A DNA stretch of 64,000 nt from Vulcanimicrobiota bacterium (GTDB lineage Bacteria; Vulcanimicrobiota; Vulcanimicrobiia; Vulcanimicrobiales; Vulcanimicrobiaceae): positions 64,001 to 128,000 of the forward strand of contig CAWHWQ010000003.1 of the NCBI GenBank assembly GCA_963833095.1. The letters are read 5' to 3'. The notes under the pieces are model-generated. The model did not search any database and had not been told where the DNA came from. It worked only from the letters and a program-made list of their open reading frames with translations. The translations under genes and the position numbers were made by a program. The stretch's first letter is position 1; every line of letters begins with the position of its first letter. Below, one piece after another: positions 11,545-23,691 of this stretch.

Positions 11545-13509
11545 CTAGAAGTTCGTTACGAAGTTCACGAACTGCATCGCAAAGAGGAACCAGATCGCGT
11601 AGAGCGCGGCGAGCGCGACGAGGATCTCACCGATGCGCACGAGCCAGCCGCCCGGTCCGCGCAACACGCGGACCACCGCCTCGGCGATCATCGCGAGGCG
11701 CCGATTGATGGCGATCACTCCGATGACGTAGAGCACGATCATCTTGCCGGGTAGCGACGGCGAGAGAATCGCGGCCTCGCGGATAGAGCAGCATCGGGCC
11801 ATCCGACCAACGCGATCAGGAACGCGATCGCGCCGATTCGCGCGACGGCATGGAGGAGTCTGCACGTTGCGCGGGAGTTGCAGCGAAGCTTGAGCTTGCG
11901 GCGCGCGATCCATGCGCCGAGCCGGATAAGCAGCGAGAGCATGATGATCGCCGCGCAGATCGTGAGCAGCATCTTGACCGATCGCTAGCGTGCGCAGGCC
12001 GGTGACGCGCTGTTCGACCGAGACCATGTTGTAAGTAGTCCGTCGCCCACGAGATCACGTTGCCGTTCGCATCGGTGCCGAAGACGACGTAGGCGTTGCC
12101 GCCGACCTGGCGGTAGCGCAGCGGCGCGACTTCGCGCCATTTGATACGGTCGCCGGCGGCGTTCTTTGAGCGGGCTGACTTCGATCGTGCCGTCGGCGAT
12201 TCGCCGATACATTCGCTCTGCGCAAGCGTGTAGACGAAGGCGAGCGCGCGTTCGACGCGGCGGCTGCTCTCATACCAGCCGGCGACGCGGGCGCGCGTCC
12301 TTCTGCGGATCGGCGAAGCGTCGGTTCGGTCGGTCGGCGTGTATGGATAATAGCGATCGAGGAACAGTTTGAAGAGGTTGTTGCGGACGTCTTCGACCGC
12401 GCCTTCCTTGCCGGGTGAGTTGAACGAGACGAACCAGCCGATGCCTTTGGATGGGATTAGGTGCAGATCGCTGTGGAACGCGACGGTGTCGCCGCCGTGT
12501 CCGATGATCGGCAAGACCGTTGAAGTCGTCTTGGTAGAAGCCGAGATCGAAGCTCGGCAAGCCCTTTTCGGGCGCGACCTGCGGCGTCCACATTTCTTTG
12601 ATCGTCGCGGGCTTGAGCAGCTGGTAGCCGTCGTAGGTGCCGCCGTTCAAATAGGCGAGCATGAAGTGCGCCATGTCGATGCCCGTCGAACTCGACGATC
12701 CGGCGGGCGCCGTATCGACGAACTCGAACGGCTTCGTTTTGCCCTCGGACGGCGTTGAGATAGCCCGTCGCCATCAGCGGCATGAGATTCGGCGGCAGCG
12801 GCTGCACGAACGACTTGAATGCGACCATCTTCAGCGGTGCGAAGATGTGCTTGGCGATGTAGTCTTCAAACTTCTCGCCCGAAATGCGCTGGACGATGTA
12901 GCCCGCTAGCGTCGCGCCGTAGTTCGAATAGGCGATGACCTTGCCCGGCGGAAAGATTCGGGTCGGTAAGCGGCGTTTCAGATACACGTCGATCGGCAAG
13001 CACTTGATCTTGGCGGTCGACGAGCAGGTCGCGCACGGTCTCTTCGAAGCCCGCCGAGTGCGTCATCAAATTGCGCATCGTGACCGGCTTGCCTTCGTAC
13101 GGCGGAATCGTGAAGTCGATGTACTTGTTCACGTCCGCGTCGAGATCGATCTTGCCGGCCTGCACGAGCTGCATGACCGCCGTCCAGGTGAAGAGCTTCG
13201 AGACCGAGCCCGGGACGGAAGATCGTCGTCGCCGGATCGACGCGGCCGCTTCGTCTTGATGTCGGCGTAGCCGTAGCCTTTGGCAAAGAGGATCTTGCCG
13301 TCTTTCACGATGACGATGACGCCGCCCGGGAATGTCGCCGCGATGTAACGCGTACGGCACGAGCCCGGCAGAAGAAGGTGTTGAGGTCTTCGCGCGGTCA
13401 TCGCGGGCGCGGCGTGGCGGTTCACCGCCGGTCCGAGCTTGCAGCGAGAGCGGGGACTGCCGGCAGCAGCGAAGAGTGCTGCCAGCAGCGCGGATGCAAA
13501 TAGTTTCAT
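11545..13509 (-). CDS. Serine hydrolase (beta-lactamase family) with C-terminal membrane segments (frameshifted)
   Basis: 'GSVSKLFTWTAVMQL', 'THSAGFEE', 'YSNYG', 'GHGGDT', hydrophobic C-terminus. Confidence 0.85.
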
Positions 13510-13516
13510 AATTTCC

Positions 13517-16500
13517 TAAAGATCCTGGATGAGGATGAGGCGGAAACTCATCGGCCCGTAGTTGCCGGCCGGCGTCGCGCGAGCGAGACCGGACCGGCGC
13601 GCCGGTGGTGAGGCTGGTCTGCGTGGCTCCCTCGACGAGCGGCAGCGGAATGCCGTTAAAGAAGCCGGCGTACGGATTCGCATACGCGCCGGTGAGGTTA
13701 TCGGCAGGAGAGCTGCAGCTGCGTGCCGTGGTCGTTGAGTTTGTAGCGCACGTTCGCCGAGAGCACGGCAAACGGCGGCTCGTTGAAGGCGTTATTGTTG
13801 CCGAAGAACGTCAAGCCGAGGTTGTAGTATTGGCCGTAGTGTCCGGCCCAGCTTAGCTCACCGTAGCCGCTCGCATACGGTACGCGGGCGCCGCGACCCC
13901 GTTTGGAGCTCCGGCACAGCGCCGTAGGCTGACCGCCGAAGTTCGTCTCGGGAAGGACCGCGAGGTTGGTGTTGTTGATGCAGCCGGGCCCCGGGGGTGG
14001 TGACGCCGGTCTTCGGATCGGTCGAGCCGGCGCAGTAGAAGTACTGCGGGAGATTATAGGTGAAGGCGCGCTGCAGCGAACCCTGCAGTCTCCAGCCGAG
14101 GCCGAACGCGGCACGTGATTGAGCGCCGAGCTCGATGCCTTCGTAGCGCGCTTGACCGAGGTTCGCCGTCTTGCGAGATCTCGCAGGGATACGGCTGGTT
14201 CGGACAGCTCGCTCGCGGCCGCCGCCGTGACGGTCGACGTCTCGGTCAAGAACAAATTGTGCAATTGCGTGTAGTAGAGATCGACCGAGACCGAGGTCGC
14301 TCGCGCGATACGGTGATCCATGCCGAGATCGTAGCCGAATGCCGTTTCGGCGCTGATGTTTCCGTTATTGGCATTTTGCGATCCAACCCGAGCCGCCGGC
14401 ACGCCGCCGATGATCTGGCTCCACGTTGGGCGCGCCCGACAGACGAGGCTGATGTACGGGGGCGCGACCGATCCGCCGGCCGAGAAGCGATAAGCTGGTA
14501 TTATTTTCCGGCCGCCAGCTGAGCGCCGCGCGCGGTTCGTTGTACGAGTGCGAGGAGTCGTCCCACGTCGTTCCGCCGTCGATCGAGTAGTGGCTGTTGT
14601 AGTTGAGGTCGTAGTCGCCGAGCGTTGAGCATCGCTTCGGCTCCGAGCACGATGTTGCCGCGCAGCGAGAACGTTTGAAGGTCTGACGTGACCGGCGACG
14701 GGGCTGTTGACGATGATGCCGACGGAGGGCTCGTCCGGCGTCTCGGACGACTTCTGCTCCGAGTCGTCGTACGCGAACGTAAGCGTATTATTCGCCAGCT
14801 GCTCTTGCAAGTTGGACCGACTCGCCGTTCATGTTGTCGTTCGAGGAAACAGATTCGCCAGAGCTGTCGGTATGGAAGGTGACGTGCTGATCATTGAACG
14901 TGGTCATCGTCGGTTGACGGCGACCGCCGTGACTGCACCCAGTCGCGACGTTATGGTACTGCCGCCGGCGGTGGGCGTGCTGGGAGCGAACGTGCCCACC
15001 GGGCAGAGCGGAACGTACCGGAGGCGTTGAGCGACTTCAACGCACGACGATCCCTCCGACGCGTAGCTGTTCAAGGAACCCGTGTAGTAGCGCGCGAGCA
15101 CGTTCCGGTCGTGCCGAGCGTCGTGCGGAACTCGCCTTGGAAGAGATTCTGCTGCGATACGTGTACCCGATGCCATTGAACGGAGCTGAGGTCGAACGGA
15201 ATCGACGAGCCGCACGCCGGTCCGGGACGAGCAGTTGTACGTTGCGCCGGTATACGGCGTTCCGGTTGCAAACGGATTGCAAGTCCCTAGCCGCTGCTCC
15301 CGCGGTGCCGCACGGGCGGAAGCCAGAACGGCGGGCCGGTGCCGGCGACGTTGTCCGTCGAGTATCGTATCCCGATCACATCGCCGTTGCCGCCATGGAC
15401 TGTCCGCCGAGATAGGAAAGCTTGAGCGACGTATTATTCGAGAAGTTGAAGACGAGCTTCGCCGAGCTCCGAGGTGGAGTGGTAGCCCGTGTCCGTTTGA
15501 TAACAACAGCCGACGAGCGGCTCGGCAAAGGTCTCCCATACCGCCGTACGGTGACAAGCTGCCGGTGGCGGCCCTTCGCCGAGCGGCGATCCTCCGATGA
15601 CTTGAGTTGCCGGGCCGGAATTGACGTTGTAGACGGTAAGGTTACCAGTGGGACCAACGGCGAGACCCGAGTTACCGTACAGCGGTATCGCTGAAGTCGA
15701 GAAGGTAAAATTCTTTAGCGGTCCGGGGGCGCCGTCGGTCACGTAGCCGGCGGCGTAGCCAATTTTGTGATTCTCCGTCTGACCCGTCATCTTGAATCCT
15801 GCCGAGACGCCGCCCCACTTATCGTCGGCGACATTCCCTGCGAACTTGTTCGTCAAGGTCGGATCGAGCGTGAGGTAGTTGACCGTTCCATTGATCGCAT
15901 AGTTGATCTCGACGGGCATCGAGCCCGGACCTTTGACGAGTTCGACGATTGTCAAGCAGGAACGGGTTGACGAGGGTTGGAGAAAACGTGCCCGACGAAC
16001 CAACCGAAACCGGGTGGCCGTCGATGAGCGACTCCGTTTCGTACGGCAGTGCGCCGCGAATCTGCGGCGTTTGGATTGAGCCCGGCGAGGCGCCGTTGTT
16101 CGGGTTGCCGTTATTAGGGTTATACGGCGTGGTGAAAATGCCGGGCGTTTCGTTGAGCACCTTCGTGACTTGCTCGGCTGCCCTGATTATCGAACACCGT
16201 CGAGCTGATCGTATCGATAGCCGCGGTCGACGTGTTCATTTGCGCGACGCCCGGGCTGTGCGTGGAGACCGACCCGATGGTTTTCAGCGAGGAGAACGAG
16301 GACTCGGCGAGCGTCACGTTTGCCGTTACCGTCTCGCCGATGAACGCGGCGACGGAGTCGTTGCGATAGAGCGTTGTAGCCGGCCTTGCTGACCTGCAGC
16401 GAATACATTCCCGTCGGGACTGCGGGGAAGTTAAACTTGCCTTGCGCGTCCGTGGTCATCGAAAGGCGGGTCGGGCCGGCCAGCTGCACTTGCGCGCCGC

Positions 16501-16634
16501 CCAGCGGCGCTCCACTCGACGCGTGCACGGAGCCGGTGACGACGGCAGTGGTTCGCGGCGTTTGCCCCGAGAGGTGTTATCGCAAAAAATGCGGCCAGCA
16601 TGAGGGTCGTTGCGCGAGAAATCAATTGACGCAT
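13517..16634 (-). CDS. TonB-dependent receptor with N-terminal carboxypeptidase-regulatory-like domain (many frameshifts)
   Basis: Signal peptide; 'TTDAQGKFNF..GMYSLQVSKAGY'; plug 'LNETPG..IRG..LIDGHP..ELVKGPG'; barrel 'AETAFGYDLG', 'NLT'. Confidence 0.8.
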
Positions 16635-16786
16635 CGCACTTGCTCCATAAACGGTAGGCAGGGTACCCAGATTAAATTTCGCCATTTAAGACCATATTAT
16701 GAGCTTCCTCCAAAAAATTGGCCCTGAGAGCAAAATTTTGCTGCATCGCGGGAGGGGCTGTTCGTGGAACCCCCGTAAAACGGCGC

Positions 16787-18385
16787 ATGAGGCAGTGCGC
16801 GGCGATGCTGGTGTGTTTGGTTGCGCTCGCATTTGCCGGGTGCACGAGGCAGGACGCCCGCGGCGTGCGCGCGGCTGGAACGCTCGTTTTCGCCGTGCAA
16901 AAAGAGCCGATCTCGCTCAATCCGCTGCTGCTCGAGGGCATCGACGCCTACATTTACAGCGAGGTTCTCTACGCGAACCTGACGCGTTACGATGCCGGCG
17001 GACGTCCGGAACCCGATCTCGCGGCAGAGGTGCCGACCCTCGCCAACGGCGGCGTAGCTACCGATGGTAAGCGCGTCACCTACCATCTGCGGCGCGGCGT
17101 GCGCTGGCAAGACGGTTCGCCGTTCACCGCGCAAGACGTCGTCTTCACCTATCGGGCGGTAATGAACCCCGCGAACAACTTGCCCGAGCGCTATGGCTAC
17201 GACCTGGTCTCATCCGTCGAAGCCCCCGACGCCTACACGGTCGTCGTGCATTTGAAGCGCGCGTTTTCGCCGATTATCAGTTTTTTCTTCGGCGGCGACA
17301 GCAACTACCCGGTGCTGCCCGCGCACCTGCTCGCGTCGCTGCCGAACGTGAACACCGCAGCATTTAACGCCGCGCCGATCGGAGAAGGCCCCTATCGCTT
17401 CGTGCGTTGGGACCGTGGCGATCGTCTGACATTCGATGCGAGCCCGTCGTACTTCGGCGGGAAGCCGCATATCGATCACCTCGTGCTCCCGTTTATTTCA
17501 CAGGATACCACCGCGATTAACGAACTGCAGACCGGCGAGATCGACGCGGCGATGCAACTGGATCCATCGCGCATCGCGGAGCTGCGCGCGATTCCCAATC
17601 ATCGCGTGATCGTCACCCCGGTGCCTTGGTACTACGCGCTCGGCTTCAACCTCGAAGATCCCGTGCTCTCCGATCACGCGGTTCGTGAGGGTATCGCGCT
17701 CGCAATCGACCGGCGCTCGCTCACTCGCAAGATCACCCAGGGTGTGTACGACGCCGATACGGCGATGCGCGGTCTGTTCACGTGGGCCTTCGATCCGCAT
17801 GCGGATACGATCGCCTACGATCCGAAACGGGCGGCCGCGCTCCTGACGCGCGACGGCTGGATTCCCGGTACCGACGGCATTCGTGTCAAGAACGGGCAGC
17901 GTTTGCACTTCCAACTGGCGTTTCCGACCGGGCTTTCGATCACGACGCACTTCGCGACCGCGATTGCCGCGGAACTCCGCGCGGTCGGCGTCGACGTCAC
18001 GTTACGGCAGTACCCGCGCACGCAATTCATCGGCAACGAAGGGCCCATCATGCAAGGGCACTATCAGCTCTCGCTCTATGACTATCAGGCGCAGGTCGAT
18101 CCTGACGTCTCGTGGCTGCTCGAGTGCGATCAACGTTCGCCGCACGGGTTCAATCTGTCGCGCTATTGCAATGCGTCCGTTGATACGCTCTTGAAGCGCG
18201 CGGCAGCGTCGTTCGATCGCGCCGCGAGAATTGCCGACTACGGCGCCATTCAGCGCCGGATTGTAAGCGATCTTCCCTACTATTTTATTTGCCAAGTCAG
18301 CGAGGTCGACGTCATCCCAATGAGCCTGCAAGGCTACCAGCGCCCGATGCTTTCGCCATTCAATTCGGTGGCGTCATGGAGATAA
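16787..18385 (+). CDS. Peptide ABC transporter substrate-binding lipoprotein (family 5, OppA/AppA-like)
   Basis: Lipobox 'AFAGC'; 'PDLA..P', 'LRRGVRWQDG.PFTAQDV.FT', 'PIGEGPY', 'VREGIALAIDR'. Confidence 0.9.
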   Translation: MRQCAAMLVCLVALAFAGCTRQDARGVRAAGTLVFAVQKEPISLNPLLLEGIDAYIYSEVLYANLTRYDAGGRPEPDLAAEVPTLANGGVATDGKRVTYHLRRGVRWQDGSPFTAQDVVFTYRAVMNPANNLPERYGYDLVSSVEAPDAYTVVVHLKRAFSPIISFFFGGDSNYPVLPAHLLASLPNVNTAAFNAAPIGEGPYRFVRWDRGDRLTFDASPSYFGGKPHIDHLVLPFISQDTTAINELQTGEIDAAMQLDPSRIAELRAIPNHRVIVTPVPWYYALGFNLEDPVLSDHAVREGIALAIDRRSLTRKITQGVYDADTAMRGLFTWAFDPHADTIAYDPKRAAALLTRDGWIPGTDGIRVKNGQRLHFQLAFPTGLSITTHFATAIAAELRAVGVDVTLRQYPRTQFIGNEGPIMQGHYQLSLYDYQAQVDPDVSWLLECDQRSPHGFNLSRYCNASVDTLLKRAAASFDRAARIADYGAIQRRIVSDLPYYFICQVSEVDVIPMSLQGYQRPMLSPFNSVASWR

Positions 18386-19452
18386 AGGTGCGCTACGCGA
18401 TCCTGACCGAGGGAATGCTTACCGGAACCAACGGGAAAACCGCGCATGGTGTGCTGCGCTACCGCAGCGACGCCGTTGTCGCGGTCATCGACTCGACCCA
18501 CGCCGGCAGGCGTGTCGACGAGGTGTTGCCGTGGCTGGGCTCGCGCGCCCCGATCGTCGCGTCGCTCGACGAGGCGATGGCCTACGCGCCGACTGCTCTG
18601 CTCATCGGCGTCGCCACCGAAGGCGGTCATTTGCCGCCGGCAATGCGTCCCACGCTGCTCGCCGCCGTCGATGCCGGATTGGAGATCGTCAACGGCTTGC
18701 ACGAGTTTCTGCGCGATGACGAAGAAGTGGTTGCTCGCGCGAAGGCATCCGGCGCGCGTTTGTGGGACGTGCGCATTCCCCCTGATGACATTCCGCTATT
18801 TAGTGGAGCGGCCTACGACGTGCGATCGCAAGTGGTGCTCGCCATCGGCAGCGATTGCGCCGTCGGCAAGATGACCGCCATGCTCGAAGTCGAGCGCTCG
18901 GCGAAGGCTCAGGGCGCGCGCATCGAGTTTCTGGCCACCGGACAGACCGGCATTCTGATCGCCGGCAAGGGGATTGCGGTCGATCGTGTGATCTCCGACT
19001 TTATCACCGGCGCAGCCGAACAGCTCGTCGTCGAGGCGGCGCCGGACGCCGACGTCTTATTGGTCGAGGGGCAAGGCGGCATTTTCCATCCGGCCTACGC
19101 GCCCGTCACCTTTGGCTTGCTTTACGGCAGCGCGCCCGATGCGCTCGTGCTCTGCCATCGCGCGAACAAGACGCACATCGACGGTTTCGACGTGAAGCTT
19201 CCCGACCTCGCGGAGTTGATCGCGGATCACGAAGCGCTGGTGCAGCGCATCAAGCCGGCCCGCGTGATCGCGGTCGCGCTTGATACCTCAGCGCTTACTG
19301 CAGATGAAGCGCGTCGCGTCATCGCGCAGGCAGCAAAGGAAACAGATTTACCCGTCGATGATCCGGTGCGTAACGGCGGAACCGGGCTGTGGCAGGCGAT
19401 CGAACAGGCGCTGCGCGCCACGCCGAAGGCTAGACGCGCGCTCGCGAGTTAA
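18376..19452 (+). CDS. DUF1611 family protein (DgcN-like D-glutamate N-acetyltransferase candidate)
   Basis: 'KTAHGVLRY', 'VNGLH', 'GSDCAVGKMT', 'ATGQTG', 'VEGQG..HPAY'. Confidence 0.85.
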   Translation: MEIKVRYAILTEGMLTGTNGKTAHGVLRYRSDAVVAVIDSTHAGRRVDEVLPWLGSRAPIVASLDEAMAYAPTALLIGVATEGGHLPPAMRPTLLAAVDAGLEIVNGLHEFLRDDEEVVARAKASGARLWDVRIPPDDIPLFSGAAYDVRSQVVLAIGSDCAVGKMTAMLEVERSAKAQGARIEFLATGQTGILIAGKGIAVDRVISDFITGAAEQLVVEAAPDADVLLVEGQGGIFHPAYAPVTFGLLYGSAPDALVLCHRANKTHIDGFDVKLPDLAELIADHEALVQRIKPARVIAVALDTSALTADEARRVIAQAAKETDLPVDDPVRNGGTGLWQAIEQALRATPKARRALAS

Positions 19453-20431
19453 CCCCGATTCCCGGTTTGTCGGTAAGGATGATCTTTCCGGTCGAGATGT
19501 CGACGCCGTCAAAAGGTGACGACGCGAGAAACAGCGGGCCGTCGATATCGGGCCAATCGACGAGCGGTGCGAGTTGCGCTGCGGCCGAGCAAAGCACTTC
19601 GGTCTCGAGCATGCAGCCGAGCATGATCTTGAAGCCCAGCGATCGCGCAGTGTGAATGAAAACCAGGCCGGCGCGAATACCGCCGGCCTTGGCGAGCTTG
19701 AGGTTAACGCCATCGACGCAGCCGATGAGCGCGGGCAGATCGGAGGCAACGATCGAATCCTCGTCGGCCACGATCGGAATCTTCACGCGTTCGCGGATGA
19801 AACGTAGTTGTTCTGGGTGGCCGGACGGAATCGGCTGTTCGCACAACTCGATTTCATAGCGATGCAGCTCGCGCAGCAATTGGACCGTCTGCTCGGCGTT
19901 CCATCCCTCGTTGGCGTCGAGGCGAATAGCCCCGCGATACGCCGTGCGAATCGCTTCGATCGTCTCGATCTCTTTGCCGGCGCCGAGCTTGATCTTAAGT
20001 ACCGGTACGTGGGCGAGGGCCCGCACGCGCTCGAGGGTGAGGTCGATGGTGTCCTCGATCCCGATGGTGTGCGAGGTCACGCCGGCCTTGGACGGATCCA
20101 GGCCGAGCAATTGCCAGATCGGCTTGCCGAGATTTTTGCCCATCCAGTCGTACAGCGCGATATCGAGACCGCAGCGCGCCGCTTCGGGAATGCCCTCGAG
20201 CAGTTCTTCCATACGATACGGATCGTCCGACGGCGGCTCGTAGTCGCGATAGAACGCCATCACGTCCTCGACGGTCGCATCGTAGCGCGCGACCGGCGCC
20301 GCTTCGCCGTAACCGGTGATCCCGCCGGCGTCCACTTCGACGAGCACCGTCGAAGAGTCGGTCATGACGCCCCGCGTAATGCGGAACGGACGGATCATCG
20401 GAAGATTCAGGAGGGACGTCTTGATCTGCAT
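19430..20431 (-). CDS. Dipeptide epimerase (L-Ala-D/L-Glu epimerase / DgcA-like, enolase superfamily)
   Basis: 'PFRITRG', 'GYGEA', 'KIKLG', 'DANEGW', 'EQP', 'ADED', 'NLKLAKAGG', 'GCMLE', 'DIDG'. Confidence 0.9.
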   Translation of the reverse strand: MQIKTSLLNLPMIRPFRITRGVMTDSSTVLVEVDAGGITGYGEAAPVARYDATVEDVMAFYRDYEPPSDDPYRMEELLEGIPEAARCGLDIALYDWMGKNLGKPIWQLLGLDPSKAGVTSHTIGIEDTIDLTLERVRALAHVPVLKIKLGAGKEIETIEAIRTAYRGAIRLDANEGWNAEQTVQLLRELHRYEIELCEQPIPSGHPEQLRFIRERVKIPIVADEDSIVASDLPALIGCVDGVNLKLAKAGGIRAGLVFIHTARSLGFKIMLGCMLETEVLCSAAAQLAPLVDWPDIDGPLFLASSPFDGVDISTGKIILTDKPGIGVNSRARV

Positions 20432-20484
20432 GCGTCAAGACTCCGGGGCACGGGCGACAATATCCTGTTTTAGAGAACGATATT

Positions 20485-21751
20485 TTAGCGTTCGCGTCCC
20501 GCCCCTCGTTGTAATTGCAGCGCCTTGGCCGGAAAGACGAGTTGCGAGAGAAGTAGCCCAGCGACGAGTTGCACCGCGGCGAACGTCGCGTTACTCGCAA
20601 ACGTAAACGCGCTCGAGATATTGTGCTGGAACGCAAAGAGCACGCTTTCGTAACTCAAGCTTCCCGGAACCAGCACCAGGAGCGCGGGCACGAGCATTAG
20701 CGCTTGCGGCACGCGTAGCACGCGGGCGCCCACGTTGGCTACCAGACCGCACAGAAACGCCGAGAGAAACGCGGAGATTTCGTGCACGCGCGTGCCGGCA
20801 AGCAGATGCGAGGTGAGCAGCGCAACAAAGCACGCGGCAAACACCCACACGAAATCACGCGCGCGCGAATCGAGATCGATCGAAATTCCGACCGCCATCA
20901 AGACGGCTGCGAGGATCCAGAGATGGCTGGGCACCGCGTGCGGCGTCACGTCCCCGGTGCGTAGCAGCGACGGCCCAATCACCGCAAATCCGAGAAATGC
21001 GCCGCAACCCAATTCCAAAAGTACCGAGAGCACGCGCCCGAGGCGCGCCATCCCGGCGACCAGATCGCCGTTCGCCAGTTCGTGCAAGGCAAGCGTGAGC
21101 GAGTATCCCGGCAGCAGCACGACGACCCCGGCGACAATTGAGATGAAGATGTTCGTCGGGCCGAAGATCGTCGAAAACGCCGCGACGATCAAGGTGGCCG
21201 CAAACGCCGCAATGGCCTCAAACAGGCGCGCGACGATCGGCACGCGTTCGGCGACGGCGGAAACGATGCCGGTGAAAAAACCGATGCACGCGGCGACGAT
21301 GAGCTCGCGCGCGCCACCGCCAAGCAAAATGGCTACGCCGACGGCGAGTAGGGTGAGCGCGGGAATTTCCCAGAGCGCGTTACGGCCGCGCGACCGCCGA
21401 TCCACGTCGCTGATGGCGACGCTAGCGTCGCGATAATCGATCTTCCCGGAGCGCAGTTGGTCGTAGACGGCGTTGAGCTGCGAGAGCTTACGCAAATTGA
21501 CGCGCCCGGGCGGCAAGCGCATGAGCACGATCTTTTGATTCCAAGGTCGGACCAACCGCGATCGTGATCTGCGTCGGCAGCGCGAAGATTTGGGTAGTCA
21601 ATCCAATCGCAGACGCGACGTCGGCGAGCGTTTCCTCGAGCGTGTCGGTCGCGACACCCGCCTGATGGAGTTCGCGCGCCATCGACGCCAGAAAAACGGC
21701 TTTGGGATCGTCAGCGATCGCGGAGATCGCGGCAGGCTGCTGTTCGCTCAT
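20485..21751 (-). CDS. Threonine/serine exporter family (ThrE) membrane protein (one frameshift near 21545)
   Basis: 'ARELHQAG', 'FALPTQI', 'NLRKL', 'LLPGYSLT', 'LVLVPG'; many hydrophobic segments. Confidence 0.8.
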
Positions 21752-21809
21752 ACAATCAAAGAGCGCTCTGTTCGTACAGAGCGCTCTTGGAAGCTTCGCG
21801 AAGAAGCGA

Positions 21810-22136
21810 CTACTTCTTCGTGGGGGCCTTGCGCGTGTTCTTCGCGGCTCCCGATTTAACCGTAGACTTGCCGGTTTTCACCTTGGCAGGCGCGACGGCT
21901 GCCTTCGCGAGCGCCTTGGCTAAGCGCGACTTCTTGCGCGCGGCCTTGTTCTTATGAATCACGCCGGTCTTGGCGGCCTTGTCCAATTCGCTCTCGACGG
22001 TTTTCGAGAACGCATCGTCCCGCTCGGCGAGCGCCTTCTTGAAGATGGTCTTCAAGCGCGTCTTACGGTCCTTATTGGCGACCGTGCGCTTTTCGCTCTG
22101 GCGGACCCACTTTACGGCGGCCTTGATATTCGGCAA
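21810..22136 (-). CDS. rpsT: 30S ribosomal protein S20 with Lys/Ala-rich extension
   Basis: 'PNIKAAVK..RQSEKR..N', 'DKAAKTGVIHKNKAARKKSRL'; AGGAG RBS before TTG start. Confidence 0.95.
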   Translation of the reverse strand: MPNIKAAVKWVRQSEKRTVANKDRKTRLKTIFKKALAERDDAFSKTVESELDKAAKTGVIHKNKAARKKSRLAKALAKAAVAPAKVKTGKSTVKSGAAKNTRKAPTKK

Positions 22137-22213
22137 AAGAAACTCCTACGTGCGCTAGACTCGGGGGCAACGGCTCGCAGTATAGCAGAGGGGCGGAGTC
22201 GCGCGCAAGCGCG

Positions 22214-23093
22214 CTATGGAGCCCCGAGGAGACTTTTGTAGCTGTGGTAGCGGCTCTCCGCGATGCTGCCATCGGCGAGAGCCGCCTGGACCCCGCATCC
22301 GGGCTCACGCAAGTGGGTGCAGTCGGTGAAGCGGCAGGCTGTCGCCGGCTCGCGCATCTCGCGGAAGCCCTGTGCCAATTCTGCCGGCATGATCGGCCCG
22401 AGGCCGAACTCGTTGACCCCCGGGCTATCTATAAGGAAGCCGTCGGGCATGCGGATAGAGGCGCGCGGCCGTCGTTGTCTGCCGGCCCATGCCGTGCCGC
22501 GACACCGCGCCGACGACCGCCTCGCCGCCCAGCGCACGGAAGATCGAACTTTTTCCCACACCCGAATTCCCGCTAAGCAACGCATGGCATCCGCCGAGCG
22601 CTTCGCGCAGGGCGTCGACGTTCTCGCCGGCCTTTGGATTGAGGACGAGTGTGCGATACCCCAAGCCCGCGTAGAGATCGTGCAGCGCTCGCGTTGCGGC
22701 CGGGTCACTCAAATCGGGTTTTGTGAGCACTACGATCGCTTGGATCGATTCGAGTTCGGCAAAAGCCAGGAGTTGGTCCAAAATGATCAAGCGCGGCGCC
22801 GGGTCGGCAAGCGCCGTCACCGTCACCATCGTATCGACGTTGGCAGCGATGGTCTTGGAGCGGCCACCCGCGCTTCGTCGCTCGAGGTGAAACGAACGCG
22901 GTTCGATCTGGTCGACCACAGTTTTCTCATCTTCGAGCACGCGAACGAACACGACGTCACCCGAAACCGGCATGAAACGTTTCCCGGTCTGGCGTCGTAG
23001 TTGAGCTAGGCGCGGCGCCGTTTCGCCGTCGAGGCAGACCCACGCCGCGTTTTTCCCCGTGGAAACAACTAATGCGCGGCGTAGGCCATTCAT
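22214..23093 (-). CDS. rsgA: Ribosome small subunit-dependent GTPase A (one frameshift)
   Basis: 'IAANVD', 'TKPD', 'GNSGVGKSS', 'GRQTT', 'DSPG', 'CRFTDCTHLREPGC'. Confidence 0.92.
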
Positions 23094-23147
23094 CACAATG
23101 ATTGCGAGCGCGTGGCGCCTAAAAAGGTATAAGGTATCGTGCCCACC

Positions 23148-23691
23148 ATGTCCGCCTTCACTTTGCGCTTCCAGCCCCAACTCGACGACTCAGAAGTCGC
23201 CGCGGCAGAGGCAATCGTGCGCCGATTCGGCGGCGCGGTGACGTGGCAGCACTCGGCGGCATGCAAGCGCACGTATGGCTTGGTCGAAAACGCCGAAGCC
23301 GCGTGCGCTTCTGCGCTGCGTGAAGCAACCGGGCAACGGTGTTCGATCGGCCTATCATCGCCCTTGCTGTTTTCCCTAGCGTGCAAGAAGCCTTGCCGCC
23401 TCTCGAGCGTGCGCTGGGAGGGCCGGGGGGCCCGGCGGGGGTGCTCGCGTGCGAGCCTTGCGGTGACGGCGCAATCGTCGAGTGGGATCTCGACGTCACC
23501 CCGTGCGATGTCGTGCTCAACCTCGTTGACATCGAAATCGCTCGTTTCCGCGGCGCGCGTGTGAACGCGCTGCTCACGCCGCTACCGCTTGCGTGGTGGA
23601 CGCGTATTGCCGCAAGCGGCCTGCAAGCGCCGGAGATACGCCCGATCGCGTGCTCGAAAAGCTACTCGAGGTGCACGGTGTCCTGGATTAA
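23148..23691 (+). CDS. Hypothetical protein upstream of cdaA (frameshifted)
   Basis: Fragments in successive frames; stop overlaps the cdaA start. Confidence 0.55.
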
